64,000 nt of DNA, taken from Octopus sinensis (Eukaryota). Numbering within the stretch: position 1 is the stretch's first letter; every line of letters begins with the position of its first letter. Positions 39,710 through 53,250 of the stretch are shown one piece after another. The translations under genes were made by a program, and so were the position numbers. The DNA is taken from positions 1-64,000 of the forward strand of contig NW_021833054.1 of the NCBI RefSeq assembly GCF_006345805.1. Direction: 5' to 3'. The notes beneath the pieces are model-generated. The model did no database searches. It was not told where the DNA came from and saw nothing but the letters and a program-made list of their open reading frames with translations.

Positions 39710-42001
39710 CTGCAACAAAGACAAAATAGTAACATTGTGATTAGTACTTAAATGAATGGTAACAGCACAAAATTGGAAGCTGACTGAAAGTTTACTCTTT
39801 ACAATAAAACAATTACAGAATCAATATTAAATTAATTATATTAAAATATTTTTAAAAATTATAGGCAGGAACCAATAACATGCATGGGATAACTTTCAGA
39901 TATAATTCTTCTAAACAACAACAACAAATGTAAATCATTTCAGAAGGAAAGAAAATTGATTTTATTATATTGATTTATAACAGGCACATGGCCACACATT
40001 TTGGAGGGAGGAACAGACCATCATTTCAACCCAGTGCTTGTATGGAAATTGTTTTATCAAATCCTGAATGATGAAAGACATATTTACTCTCAGTGAGATT
40101 TAGGCTCAAAATGTAAAGAAGCATAACTATGTTACTTACCTGTGTGCAAATTGCACCCCTAATTTAGTGTTAAACCTTGGTACAAAGGTTGCATAGAGTA
40201 TTAGTTTTAGCTTTGCCCCACGAATAAGTAGGACCCCAGTTTTTCTAGTATAAAATAGTGCAAATTATATATGGGTAAATACAATAATTACTACATGGCA
40301 TTTTACCCAGTATTCTATTGATTTTTATAATATATTCATTACTAACATTGACAGGAAGCCTCATATTTTGGAGGAAAGGTTATCATCACTTAAATCAACT
40401 GCAGTACTTATCTGCTAGTCTATTTTATAAAACCTGAAAGAAAGACAAAGTTAGCCTCAGTAAAATTTGAGCACCGGATGTAGAGAGATACAACTAAATA
40501 TCACACACACATATTATATATACTTTTATATATGTATATATTTCTAAATATATCTCTGACTTTCTGTGCAAAACAAATTTGTATAGCAACATGAGTAATA
40601 AAAATTATAATCCATTTTAATATCTATTCTCCTCAATTTACATAAATATGAATGAATTTGTTGAACTGTGTTTAATAAGTTAAATCATATACTTAATATA
40701 AACATATATATATAGTCATCAAAGGATACATAAGTCAGAAAAAAACAAGTATATCTTAATAGAGTTAGTATATTAATATATACAGTATTATAGATTCATT
40801 TTCATACCAGCTCTTCCGATGAGCACTGTCTGAGGCTAACATCTTTCAATAATATTGTATAGTATAGATATGAATATATACTGTTATATTTGGGGATGAT
40901 CCTTTTGCTGATAAACATACATGCTATTTATTTGATCTTTACTGTAGCTTTGCTATTATTATTATCATTATTAGTTTATTTGTCAGAGTTCTTTCATCAC
41001 ACTTACAGTAACTTCTTCAATGACTATCTGTTCTTCATGTCTCTTCTTCTCTCTGGTCTTGTCCCGTTTATCCCATTTTATCTTTTGTTATATGTATCCT
41101 TATTTGCACAAATGTTTGCATCTGCATCAGTGTGTGTGTGTAAGTATGTGTGTGTGTGTGTCTGTGTGCACACATCTATGTTTGCTGTGCAAATGTGTAT
41201 CTTGTGTACATGTATACGGCTTTGAATATTACACTGTAACTGTGTCATTTTACTTCTTGTTCAGTCTTCAGTTGTTAGATTGCAGGGTATTGAAGCTCAA
41301 TCTATTTTCTATTATGTGTGTAGCCTCTGTAATCTGCCTGAGTGTTGTGTCTGTTTGATGTGTCAATAAGATCCTAACATCTATGTTATCTATCAAGCCT
41401 CATGTTATAGTTTAGCATACTGGTATGGCACAGACAAGCTTTTCTCTCCTCCTTCAGTTCCTGTCAAGCTTGTATGAGTTTCAACACATGACTCTACATC
41501 AAGAATCTAGGATGTGCATGTGTGTGTCTCTATTTTTATTTTTTCCTTTTTCCAATCATTAGATTGGGGCCATGCTGGGGCACCACCTTGAAGAATTTTA
41601 ATCGAATGTATTGACCCCAGTAATTATTACTTTTTTTGTGTGTGATATTTACTCTATCATTTTCTTTTACTAAACTGTTAAGTTACGAGGGATGTAAAAC
41701 ACATCAACACTGGTTGTCAAGCAGTGGTGGAGGATATACACAAACATGCACACACACACACGCACACACACACACGCACACACACACCACACACGCACAC
41801 ACATGCACACACACACACACACACACAATACAACAAGCTTCTTTCAGTTTCCGCCTACCAAATCCATTATCCACTCACAAGGCTTTGATTGGCCCAAGGT
41901 TATAATAGAAGACACCTGCCCAATGGGCCACACGATGAGACCCAGAACCATGTGGTTGGGAAGCAAACCTCTTACCACACAGCTATACCGGCACCTATGT
42001 A

Positions 42002-42033
<32 letters not shown>

Positions 42034-42609
42034 AATAGGAGGACAGTTTTTCTTTCAAATGTGATTATTTTTTTTTAAAGCAAAACTATCTTTATGTTTG
42101 TTTGTTAGTTTGTTTTAAGGGCTTTTCATGTTTCCTTCTTAGTTCTTTGTTTGGTTTGAAACAATATCCTTCCTAAATTCATTAGTCTGACATCTGAAGA
42201 TTTAATCAATCTCATTTTCAGAATCTATTGGACATGTCTTACAGTAACAACTAGCTTGAATCAACAAGCAAATATGGGAAGTGTTTAAATGCAAGAAAGA
42301 GGACAGCGGTTTGGAAACCCACTCCCAGATATATTAGTCTCCACTTGCAGTCCACATGCCTTGTACTTTGAAATGGAAATATAACAGGTTACATATCAGA
42401 TTCATTTGAAAGTGGAACATATTATTAATCCACGATAAATGGATAATAAGCAGGATTTGAGACATTAACCTTCTGGGTCAAAATTTTCACTGAAAGGAAA
42501 AGGATTAATTTTACTACTACTACTACTACTACTACTACTACCAGCACCAACACCAGCATCACCACCACCACCACTACTACTGCAACTGCTGCTGCTACTA
42601 CTACTACTG

Positions 42610-42658
<49 letters not shown>

Positions 42659-42664
42659 TAATAA

Positions 42665-43636
42665 TAATCATCATCATCATCATCATTGTCGTTTAACATC
42701 TGTTTTCCATGCTAGCACAGGTTGGACAGTTCGACCGGGGTTTGAGAAGCCAGGAGGCTGCACCAGGCCCCAATCTGATCTGGCAGTGTTTCTACAGCTG
42801 GATGCCCTTTCTAACGCCAACCACTCCGTGAGTGTAGTGGGTGCTTTTTACATGCCACTGGTACAGGTTCCAGGGAAGGCTGGCAGCGGCAACAATCGGT
42901 TGGTGCTTTTTACATGCCACTGGAACAGAAGCCAATCAAGGCGGCGCTGGCATCGACCACATTCGGATGGTGCTTTTTTGGTGCTACTGGCACAGGTATC
43001 ACAACTACAATTTCCATTTGATATTTATTTTGACGTTGATGTACTTGACTCAATAGGTCTCCTCAAGCACAGCAGGTCATGTGCCACCGGAACAGAAGCC
43101 AGTAAAGGCGGCGCTGGCATCGGCCACGTTTGGATGGTGCTTTTTATGTGCCGCCGGCACAGGTATCACAACTGCAATTTCTATTTGATATTTATTTTAA
43201 TATTGATGTACTTGACTCAATAGGTCTCCTCAAGCACAGCAGGTCACCCTACGATCCAAGGTAAGCCTAGCAGGTCGTTCTGCAATCCAAGGTACTTTGG
43301 ATGGGCTGGGGCTATGCGAAAATGGTGCAGGAAACAGCCATGAACTCACATTATTTGTCGGGCCTTTGTAGTCACAGCATATCTCCAGAGATCTCGGTCT
43401 TTCGTCATTGCCTCTGTGAAACCCAACGTTCGAAGGTCATGCTTGACCACCTCATCCCATGTCTTCCTGGATTTACCTCTCCTCCAGATACCTTCAACTG
43501 TTTGGGAGTGGCACTTCTTCACACATCTCTCCTCATCCATCCACAGTACATGACCATACCAACGCAAACGTCTCTCTTGCATGCCACATCTGATGCTTCT
43601 TATGTCCAGCATTTCTCTCAGGGCTGTCATCCCCAA
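42665..43636 (-). mobile_element. RTE LINE 3' fragment with long 3'UTR (about 167-bp internal tandem duplication at 42913-43246) and (ATC/AAT)n tail
   Basis: ORF 43636-43346 RRLRWYGHV...[15 protein letters not shown]; its UTR ends in the same ctggatgccctt..ccaacc sequence as the short retroposons. Confidence 0.88.
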
Positions 43637-43639
43637 CTA

Positions 43640-43860
43640 GCTGTGCAACTCAACACCTTGTTAAATACTGACCAAGTAACTCCAGAGTGGTTGACATTGG
43701 GTAGGACAGTGCTGTGCTTGAAAAACATCAAAAGAGGCAATACGGTAGATAATTACAGGTCAATATCCTGTTTGCCACTTATGTGGTAATTATTGACTGG
43801 AGTACTCGCAGAGTCAATGTATGGACATCTGGAAAATGGAGTCCTGCCACATGAGCAGAG
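43640..43860 (+). mobile_element. R4/Dong-like RT fragment
   Basis: [11 protein letters not shown]...[18 protein letters not shown]...HLENGVLPHEQ. Confidence 0.75.
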
Positions 43861-44584
43861 GAATAGAGAAGGATGAACTACAAATAAAGTGGCAAGATGT
43901 CTGTAATTCCAACACAAGGTCCAGTCCTTCTTGTAGTGTGGTGACTTATAAGCTTCAATGACCATAAGAGCTATTCCAGCAGTGTGCAGGCTCCTAGCAG
44001 GACCTTCCATGTTGGACAGGTCAAAGGACAGAGGCCAGACTAATGGACCACCTCTTCCCAGAAGTAAAAGTGAGTTTGCATAGGGCCAAAACCCTGATCT
44101 AGAAAAAAATAAAATTATAGAAGCACTGATGGCAATTCAAAATCAACAAAATCGGTGAGAGAAATTCCACCTCTACTTAGGGAAATATATGAGATAGAGC
44201 TATAAAAGCAGGGATCCAACTGGAGAGAAGTAGAAAAACAGCCCACAATTGAGAAAAGTCACAAATGGCCTATGTTTCATAGGGAGTGAAGGGCTTATGT
44301 AGCCATTAGGTCTGCCATTAAGTACAGATGGAAAAAAAGAATTTAGTTAAATAGAGAACTATACATAAAAGAATAAGAAAGGAATGAAAGAATAGAAAGA
44401 GGGGAATGTAGTAACTTATTTCAATGTAAGAGTGTGAAACAAAACAAAAATCAATTTTACTTGTAAGGAATGTGGAAAGAAAAACATGTAAAATTTCAAA
44501 AAGAAGTAAATGTTGTCAAGTAATATGAAGCTATAATACAAGTTTCATATATCGGATGAGAAAGGGAATTAACCATACACCTTT

Positions 44585-44625
<41 letters not shown>

Positions 44626-46085
44626 ATTAGAGAATAAGAAGAGGGTAAAAAAACTGCTACTGTTGAAGGAGGGTCAGCAATGACTATACCTTTACACAAA
44701 CAGAATATTTAGGTAAAGGAAACAGCTAGGTAAGGCTATAATAGTGGAATGGGGAGGTAGTTGGTGTAAATTAACATCAAAATAATAAGGTAAGTTAGGC
44801 CTCGAAAAGAAACCATTTTACAGAATATACTGGGCATATTCTTTTCCATGGTAGCAATACTAGAGAAGAGTCATGCCCTTCACAAGGTTTACGGGCCTTC
44901 ACACAGAGTGTACTGATACACTTTTAATGACACCCGCTCTAAAGAGCTAGCCATGTCCCTGAAACAACTAAAGGGGCCTCACAACTCTACATCTCTGCTT
45001 CCTTGCAATCTCATTACAAAGTGAAGTTAGGGGCAAAAAAAGACTGGGGCATGAATGAAAATAAAAAGTAGGATGTGTGACAGAGGTACTCAGTATTCAG
45101 GATCACCATCACCATCACCATCATCATCATCATCACCATCATCATTGTTTAATGTCCGAGCTCCATGCTGGCATGGGTTGGACAGTTTGACACGGAGCTG
45201 ACTAGCAGGGGCTGTCTGGACTCCAACTCTCTGTTGTGGCTGGATGCCCTTCCTAATGCCAACCAGTTTACTGGGTACATTATACATGTCACTGTCTCAG
45301 GTGTGTTTACACAGTATGGTGCATTAAAGCAGCACTAGCACAGGTGCTTTTTAAGTGGCACCAGTACCTGAAAAGACAAGCCTATATGTGTGGAAGACAG
45401 CAATTTTACATGGCTTGACATGTCTTATCAAGTGTAAAAAATTTTAATGCTGAGTGATGTTCCAAAATACTCAAAGTTAATGTCAAATGAACAAATTGAC
45501 CCATGAATAAGTCTGCAGTACATTTAACATGTTGAATATCATAATTATTTGAATGTAGCAGAACAATAGTCAGAAAATAAAGAACATTGTTAACCTTATT
45601 AACAATAAAATTCCTCAATGAATTAAAGAACAGTTACATTTCAATTTAGTAAATAATTACTACGGCAACATAATTTTTACTGTCTTACAACCATTATTTT
45701 ACATCAGCATATGTGGCTTCTGCAAATTAATTTAATAAAATATGCAATCTTTGCAGCTGAACACTCTTTCTATAATCATCCATGAAACCATAAATCAGGA
45801 GTTGCACCTATTATTGGTTCAGTGGAGGAAATGCACAACTCAAAGGGCTAGTGGAAGTCTTGAGCTGACTATGTGGTCAGTAATACAAAACCTCAACTAC
45901 AAAATGATTGTGCTTCTTAAAATTGATGAAGAAGAAGAAGAGAAGAAGAAGAAGAGAAGAAGAAGAAGAAGAGAAGAAGAAGAAGAAGAAGAAGAAGAAG
46001 GTGGTGGTGGTGTGGTGGTGGTGGTGGTGGTGGTGGTAGGAAAAATACCTTGGGAATCAGAATCCAAGTTCAAAATTTCCCCCAG

Positions 46086-46128
46086 GACACCTGATGAAGG
46101 CTGGAGAGTATATCAGGCAAAATGTGTT
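46086..46128 (+). ncRNA. Degenerate hammerhead-like motif in a Penelope-type repeat end
   Basis: gacac CTGATGA a ggctggagagtatatcaggc AAAA tgtgtt; stem II imperfect and GAAA lost. Confidence 0.35.
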
Positions 46129-46243
46129 AACAACAAACAAGATAAGGACAAATTTCCATCAAATGTAACTAATATAAATAATGTACATAATTCCTCATCT
46201 CTCAAATTTAGAACTATATATATATACATGTATGTGTATATAT

Positions 46244-46294
<51 letters not shown>

Positions 46295-46421
46295 CGAGAA
46301 GGTTTACGAAAATAAACAAAAGACGAAGGCAGGTTTATGAAAATAAACAAAAGATGAAGGCAGGTGGAGTACAAACAAACAATTGTATTAGTATGGCGCT
46401 CAGGAATAGAAATAAAACAAG

Positions 46422-46459
46422 TCTTTTATGTTTCGAGCCTACGCTCTTCGACAGAAAGA
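46422..46459 (-). ncRNA. Minimal type-I hammerhead-like motif with variant core
   Basis: Minus strand: tcttt CTGTCGA a GAGC gtag GCTC GAAA ca T A aaaga. Stems I and II are perfect and GAAA is intact; core A6 is replaced by U. Confidence 0.5.
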
Positions 46460-46519
46460 TACACAGAAAAAGAATCAAGGAGAGAAAAAAAATGCGTGCA
46501 GGAGCTAACGATTCAACAT

Positions 46520-46550
<31 letters not shown>

Positions 46551-46562
46551 ATATATGTGTGA

Positions 46563-46628
<66 letters not shown>

Positions 46629-47102
46629 ATATATATACAGCGATAGAAGACACCAATAAAAGACACCGATAGAATAAGTACTAGGCTTAAAAAGAATAAG
46701 TCCTGGGGTCAATTTCTTTAACTAAAACTGTTTAAGGTAGTGCTCCAGCATGGCCACAGTCAAATGATTTAAACACATAAAAGAAACACACACACACACA
46801 CATACTCATTCACTCACACACAAACACATGTACTTGCCTGGTAAATAATTTGACCCGAGACCATGTGTTGATACTAAAACAATTATGACCTGAAAATGTA
46901 TATTAACCATTACAGAATCATGTAAACACTGTTAACTTAAATATTTTTACTTGATATTGACAAATAATAAATGTTGAAGTGTAGTAAAGAGTTTTTAAAT
47001 AACAAATATCTTTCTTCTATACTGTAATTGTTTTATATACATACATGTATGTGCGTGTGTGTATGTGTGCATGTGTATGTACAAATATGTATATATCTGT
47101 GC

Positions 47103-47164
<62 letters not shown>

Positions 47165-47259
47165 ATACCTGCATACATACATATATATACACACACATAT
47201 ATATATACATATATATATACATACATATATATATATATATTATATATATATATATAAAA

Positions 47260-47320
<61 letters not shown>

Positions 47321-47875
47321 ATATATATGTATATATCTTTCTATGTATATATAATATTAATGAGTATTAAAACAATGGCTGTTATGAATGCATGTTTTAC
47401 AAATCATATTACATTGAAAAATTAGGATTTCAATAGAATTTTGATTATGCTTAAAACTTCACTCCATAATTTCTTTACCAAATAAAACTATTAAAAAAAA
47501 TATGGTGTTTAAAACTAACTGTCTCCTAATTGAAATACTGAATAAAGATCTTATACAAAGTTCAAAAATTGTGTTACATAATGATAAAATAAGGACTAAA
47601 GTTTGAATGATGCTTATATTTATTAAAAAAAATATAGAATATGCAAGCCAAACATACCCCAACAAAAATAAAAGAAAATGAAAGTTACAACTGAACAAAA
47701 AGTAAAAGAAAAGCAATACAAAAATAGCAGAACAAAAAAGGGAGCTTCTAAAGAGATAAAAAAGAAAAACTGAAATATTACCAAAAAATAACATTCATAA
47801 GTAAGAAGGGAAAAATATGACATCTCAGTAAAGACAGAAGTTTACAAATATCCAAAATAGTCATTGGCATCTTAC

Positions 47876-47974
47876 CGTCGTCAGATGATGATGCTTTGCC
47901 ATGGAGGATGCTGGCAGAGGAGCTATCTTCACCTCTGCCAACACTTCTGATGGCTTCTCTTCTGCAGACATCAT
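47876..47974 (-). CDS. GDPD5: GDPD probable first coding exon (MMSAEEKPSEVLAEVKIAPLPASSMAKHHHLTT)
   Basis: Strong acceptor tttgtttttctcag ending at 48038 and donor ACG|gtaaga at 47875. ATG at 47974 follows an in-frame upstream stop; 33 codons. MAKHHHLTT loosely resembles the GDPD5 N-terminus MVRHQPLQY (recalled). Confidence 0.6.
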
Positions 47975-50669
47975 GAATTATTTTTTCGGCTGTTTATTAG
48001 AAGTAATTCAGACAGGACTAGTGTATTACACTTAACACTGAGAAAAACAAAGGAAAGAAAACCTTGTCGATTATTTTATCCAAAGACTGCTAGATGCAAT
48101 GCTGTTAGATACACACATCAACTTCTCTCTGATATCATCCTCAGGCTGAATTGATACCGTCTTATAAAGACTGCTTTAAGATTAGGCTATTAAAAGAGAA
48201 AAGTGTTCACATGTACAGTTTCTCAAGTTAGCATCTGCTTCAAAAGAAGTAAACAGAAAGGCAACAAAAATATACAAACAATATCAAAGAAAAAAATTAC
48301 ACATCCAAAGACTTAGAAGAGATTTGTGAGAGGAGACTTTAACATATCAGGAAAACTGACAACCTCAACACCATAAAAGTCATGCCATTATATTAATGCG
48401 CAGATCACAACTAGGAAACTAGACTTTTGAAAGTTTATTTATATTTTAGGACTTAATTACAGGAAACTTGTGTCCCTTGTGTATACCATTATTCCTGTAA
48501 TTACCCCTTCATTTAAAGGAACAATGGATGGATTACATTCTGTAGTAAACAAGTATATCAGCAAACACAAAAGCAAGAAGAGGAAGGAGAGTTAATCCTT
48601 ATAACTATTTGTCAGAATTTTGAAGACTAGCTATAATAATTTACCAACTATTTCAGCTGTAGTTAACTGGCATCAATGTTAGGTGGCAGCACTGATAGAT
48701 TAGCTTTATATTTTCATTTTAATAAGAGCTTTCAGAGTGAATTTAAGTATCTTTCAATATTCATCGATAATACATAGAATTATAATGATGATTTAAGTAT
48801 AATTTGAAATTTTCTCCCTAATGAATAAGCATTAGTGAATGAAGTACTTTCAGGAACTGGGAATAAAAGGAATGATAGGCTAATTCCCCTATAGATACAT
48901 AGTGCTCACCAAACAATAATAATGATTATTACTATGATAAAATAGGAGAGTACTGTAGTTTGCTTGAAGCATTGTGTATTGTTTGTAAAGAATAAAAAGT
49001 TTTGAATGGTACAACAATACACTATAATACAGACAATGGGCTATATACCTGTTGTAATTTAGTCATCCATAGTATGATATGATATTTCGGAATAATATTC
49101 CTTCTTCAGATATTCTTTTTATTCTTTACTATGATAAAAAAATTTAGCAACCTACAAAGATTTAGATGATTTCCCAGTTTGTAATATATATTAGACTGTT
49201 CCACTGATGGGTTTGAAATATATTTTAATCACATATACACATACTATGAATTAAAAATACACTAAAAGTATAGGCATTTTTAAAATTCCAACAAGAAAAA
49301 TGTCAAAACCAGGGTGAACTAAATACTATGAAAAATATGGCAAAGTTCAAAATCGTTTTTATATGGTACAATACAGAATCCAGGGAAATTGATATTTGTC
49401 TGCATAGGTAAAGATTAATTCCTAGGCGATTTCATAGAAGAGCTCAATGAGTAGATTTTCTGTGGAGTAAACGAGTTGGATCTAGTTAAACTGATTCACA
49501 AGATCTGAATTATTTTAAAGGAAGTAAAAAATCTAAAAATCGGCTATATCAATGTAGTTTTCCACTCTTATTCCTATGAAGGCAAGATGTTGTAGAGAAA
49601 AAATTGGAGAAAAAAGTTACAGAGATTTAAAAATCGAAAAATCTGTATTTTTAGCCAATAGGGAGACAAAAATTTTCTGCGTTTAGTGGTGTCAACTTTA
49701 AGGTTGTACAATGTGAAATTTATAGTTTAGCATCTGTTCATTGTAGGTTTCTAAATAAACAGAAATACCTAATAAAATCAACATGTATCATCTTACTGTT
49801 TCTTTTGTCTCTTCATTGATTTCTATAGTATTTTGTATGTTTTTATTATTTTTTAAAATTTGTTATATTAATATATTTGATTACATGTGTTTACTTTATG
49901 CATATTTCAGTATCATGTATTTGTGTACATCATTAGTATATAAGTGCACGTGGATGTATGTATTCATCTATAAGTTTATATGCACATTTATGCATTCATG
50001 TGTGTGTGTGTGTGAAAAGGGGATATCTGTCTCCAAAACTCCAAAGTTGAGTAACGTTTTCATACTTGGATTTGTAAACTAGAGTAAGAATAACACTGGT
50101 CAACAAAGAATTTATCCCAAGAAAAAGAATGCCTGTTTTAGCATGCAGAATTAAAAAATAATGTCAAATTATCTGTATCGTCCACAGTTTCTGTTCCATG
50201 ATATCCCTCTCAGTTCCTGTTATGTGGGCTAATTTTCAGTTAAGCTGTTGAATTGTGAAGCTAACGGTTTAAGAAATACTCCTAATTTAAATGCTTGTGA
50301 ACTGAATTAACCTAGTGAAATAATAAATCCAGCTATCTGAGTTAATGAGTCCTTGAAGCTTGGCAATACTGAGTTGATGAGCCACCGATGCCTTGTCAGT
50401 ACTGTGCTTGAAGTGTAGGTGTGCAGTTGTGTACTAAGTTCACATATTCCATTCACCTTCATAATGCCAAGAAACTGTATAAACCGTGCAAGCAACTTTT
50501 GCTATACATGAAAAATATATAAAATATTAAGAAAAATATCTATAATAAAATTCTAATTGATAAATATAAATTTTTATTAAAACAAAACACACGGGTGGAG
50601 TAAATCTTGTGGTGTGAAGAATCAACATAACACAGTGTATGGGTGAAGTAAAACACAACACAGTGTGCG

Positions 50670-50715
50670 GTTGTCATGGTAACAAGCTGTTAATGCCTCT
50701 CTGTCTGTTGATTGG
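50670..50715 (-). promoter_or_regulatory. Candidate GDPD promoter: RFX X-box (GTTGTCATGGTAAC, 50670-50683) and CCAAT box (ATTGG 50711-50715)
   Basis: Near-perfect palindromic X-box consensus; minus-strand AGCCAATCA fits NF-Y. It lies in non-repeat DNA about 2.6 kb 5' of the 48037 acceptor. Confidence 0.5.
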
Positions 50716-51501
50716 CTAAAATAACCCAAATTTCCCAACTTTAATTCCAAATAAACATCAGATTCTTTAACTTAAAGTAATTGTAATCAAAATTCAGAGT
50801 AAAATCAATACACCAAACTTGAAAGCAATCTGAGCAAAATTAAAGGGGGATGATTTTGTGAATCAGTTTAACTAGATCCAAAGAGCTTAAATTCAAACAC
50901 TTGCCCTTCTTTCTACAGAGGAAATAGATAAAAGTTCATGACTTTGGTAACAAATTTGTGAATGAAAAATGGAATAAATAATAGTATGATGTCAGAAAAG
51001 AGCAGCAATGTAGGAAGAGAGGGTGAAAAGCTGGAGATATGTGCTATGAGTTATGAGCAAGGTGAATCATGGGGGATGAAATTAAATTTAAAAAAAGTGG
51101 GAGGAGGTGAGGACCAGATCAAGTGAGGTGATAGATATTAAGAGCTCATAACAAAGAGAAGAGGTGGACAATGCTAAGGAGGGAGAAAAGGAATGGAAGT
51201 GGGAATTTGCAAAGAATTAAGTTTAATAAGGTGTGGCCAAGAACTGTAAAATAATTTATGACAGTAAGGGGTGAGTAGAATTGTAAAGAAAATTAATAGT
51301 GTCTAGAGTGGAGGTCAGTAGGGATGGAAAGAAATATATAGTAGTCTGTGACAGGATGTGGGTGGCAGGGGGGATTAGAGGGTCAATATAATAAAATGGA
51401 TTATAGGCACAAGCCAACTACATGCTGCACACTATGCGAAGTACATGCATACAACTGCGTTCAAAATAGCTAACCATACAGTACATGGACACACATACAC
51501 A

Positions 51502-51559
<58 letters not shown>

Positions 51560-52149
51560 CATATAGACACACATAAGCAACACAGCACAAATAAATACAC
51601 ATCACACAAGAAAAGCATTTTTTTTTTTTTGTATTTTGAAGATGAAGGGGTTTGAAAATGGAAGGCAGAATTCAAGGAACCTAAGATGTAAATTTAGACC
51701 CTAAGGTGCCAAAGTACCTATGCTGAAGAAGATGTTTTGGGGTATAATGAGACTTGGAGACACTATATTTACAAGTCCCATTCTACCGAAAGTGTTGGAG
51801 AACAGCACAATCTGAGAGGTGATCAGCAGAGTGGCTGAGCAAGTTAGTGCTAGACTACAATTTTTTGAGGACTTCTTGGATGTTTTTATGGACTTCCAGC
51901 AAATGCTCACAAAACCTACTTTACATATGTATTAACTCTTTTGTTATCAAATTTTTGAAGAAATGCAGTCTTTGTTTCAGTTAATTTTGAAAAAATACAG
52001 AGTTTATTAATATAATTTTGTTATTATGCAGATGACATTTGGACATACATTACCACAGAGTTTCATTGATAGGTTTTAATTTAGATCACTTTAAAACAAA
52101 GAGTTTGTATCTTAGAATAGGGGGCAGTTTCAGATGTGTTGGTATCAAA

Positions 52150-53250
52150 AGTTAATCTCCACAAATCTTGAAGACTCTACAGCATATAAGGTTAGAGGAA
52201 ATGTAGTGAGAGTGATTGATCACATTGACTGAAGGCTTGAACCTAACAGAATTAAAGGGAGATGTAAACATCATGGTTAGACCATATAGATGTGCCCACA
52301 TGGGATGTGTCTAGGGGCAAGCAAGCTCCTGACCAGAAGGTTACATAGAATCTTATCCTTGTTGAAGGACATGACTGGAGGCATGGAAAAAATGGGATCA
52401 ATTGGAAAGCAGAAGGTGGAACTGTGAAACAGAGTGCTCTGAAGTGACTGAGTCACTTGAGAGGGTGAGGAGGGGAATCCAGACTCTGGGAGAGTGGTTG
52501 TTTGGCATAAGTGCAACAGGAGAGTTGATGGATTGAACTCAAGAGAGAGCAGTATTCACAACAGGTTGAAAGTACCTAAGTGAGAGAAAAAATTGATGCA
52601 TGACTTGAAAATAAGTCATATCTTTGCTGTGGGGATAGAGAACTGGTGAGAGAGGTTGCCTCGATACAGTCACCAATGTAATGACCCAATAGTTAAGGGG
52701 CAAACCTAGAAAACCTAGAAAAGTTAGGTTTAACAGGGCCAACAAACAAGTTGATGTGATTTGGATCATCTTGGTGCCAATAGCTATGCCACTCAGGTGT
52801 TGGTAGAACACATCAGAATAGGAAGAGCAATGAAGAATGAGAATGAATTCAGTTTGGATGAGGAGTGTACAGGTTGTGGGTTCAAATGTGTGGTGTTAAG
52901 GTCAAAGAAGTATTTCAGGACTGGTAGGTCATTGTCATTGTGGATGTAGGTAGACAAGGATTTGAGCTCTATAGAAATGAAGGATTTACAAGGTCCAGAG
53001 GTGGGTGGTATGGTTAGTGTCCTTATGAAAGCAGTAGCCAGAAGGAGCATAATTTGGTTGAGATAGTTAAAGATTAGTTTGGCAAAAAATAGGGTAGCTA
53101 AGAGCATTGGGCTTGGGAGTTTGGGAGGAGAGAGTAGATAATGGAAGTATGGGGAGTTTGTGGTAAAGTTGATTACTGTAGGAGAAAGTAAATAGAAAGA
53201 AATTAGTTTTGTATAATGATGGAGAAATGTTTTAGATTTAAAATTATGCT
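52150..53250 (-). mobile_element. Decayed Penelope-like element (RT and linker)
   Basis: Minus-strand fragments ISIELKSLSTYIH (DVKSLYTNIP-like), FYQHLSGIAIGTKM (GTAMGT) and PPVMSFNKDKILCNLLVRS (PP.VAYKR.KNL.D.LVRS). Confidence 0.65.

Noticed and set aside
41005-41080. gtaagt donor after KWDKRDKTREKKRHEEQIVIEEVT (phase 0)
   Set aside because: No pyrimidine-rich acceptor, an in-frame stop just upstream, and no family similarity.
42320-42370. Minus-strand TRHVDCKWRLIYLG as the missing GCRW exon
   Set aside because: Weak splice sites, and its phase is incompatible with the flanking exons.
45742-46659. 305-aa ORF, the longest in the track
   Set aside because: It is made of (GAA)n, (GGT)n and (TA)n microsatellites plus repeat sequence; no domain.
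46995-47370. Many overlapping YI/HT/CV-rich ORFs (also at about 10500, 27300-28000 and 58660-59215)
   Set aside because: These are stop-free translations of dinucleotide microsatellites.
49310-49705. Kolobok/T2-like MITE ending gtgtcaactttaa
   Set aside because: The matching left TIR could not be found.
51690-51920. Coding-looking plus-strand stretch
   Set aside because: It contains stops and no recognisable motif; probably a decayed transposon, not assignable.
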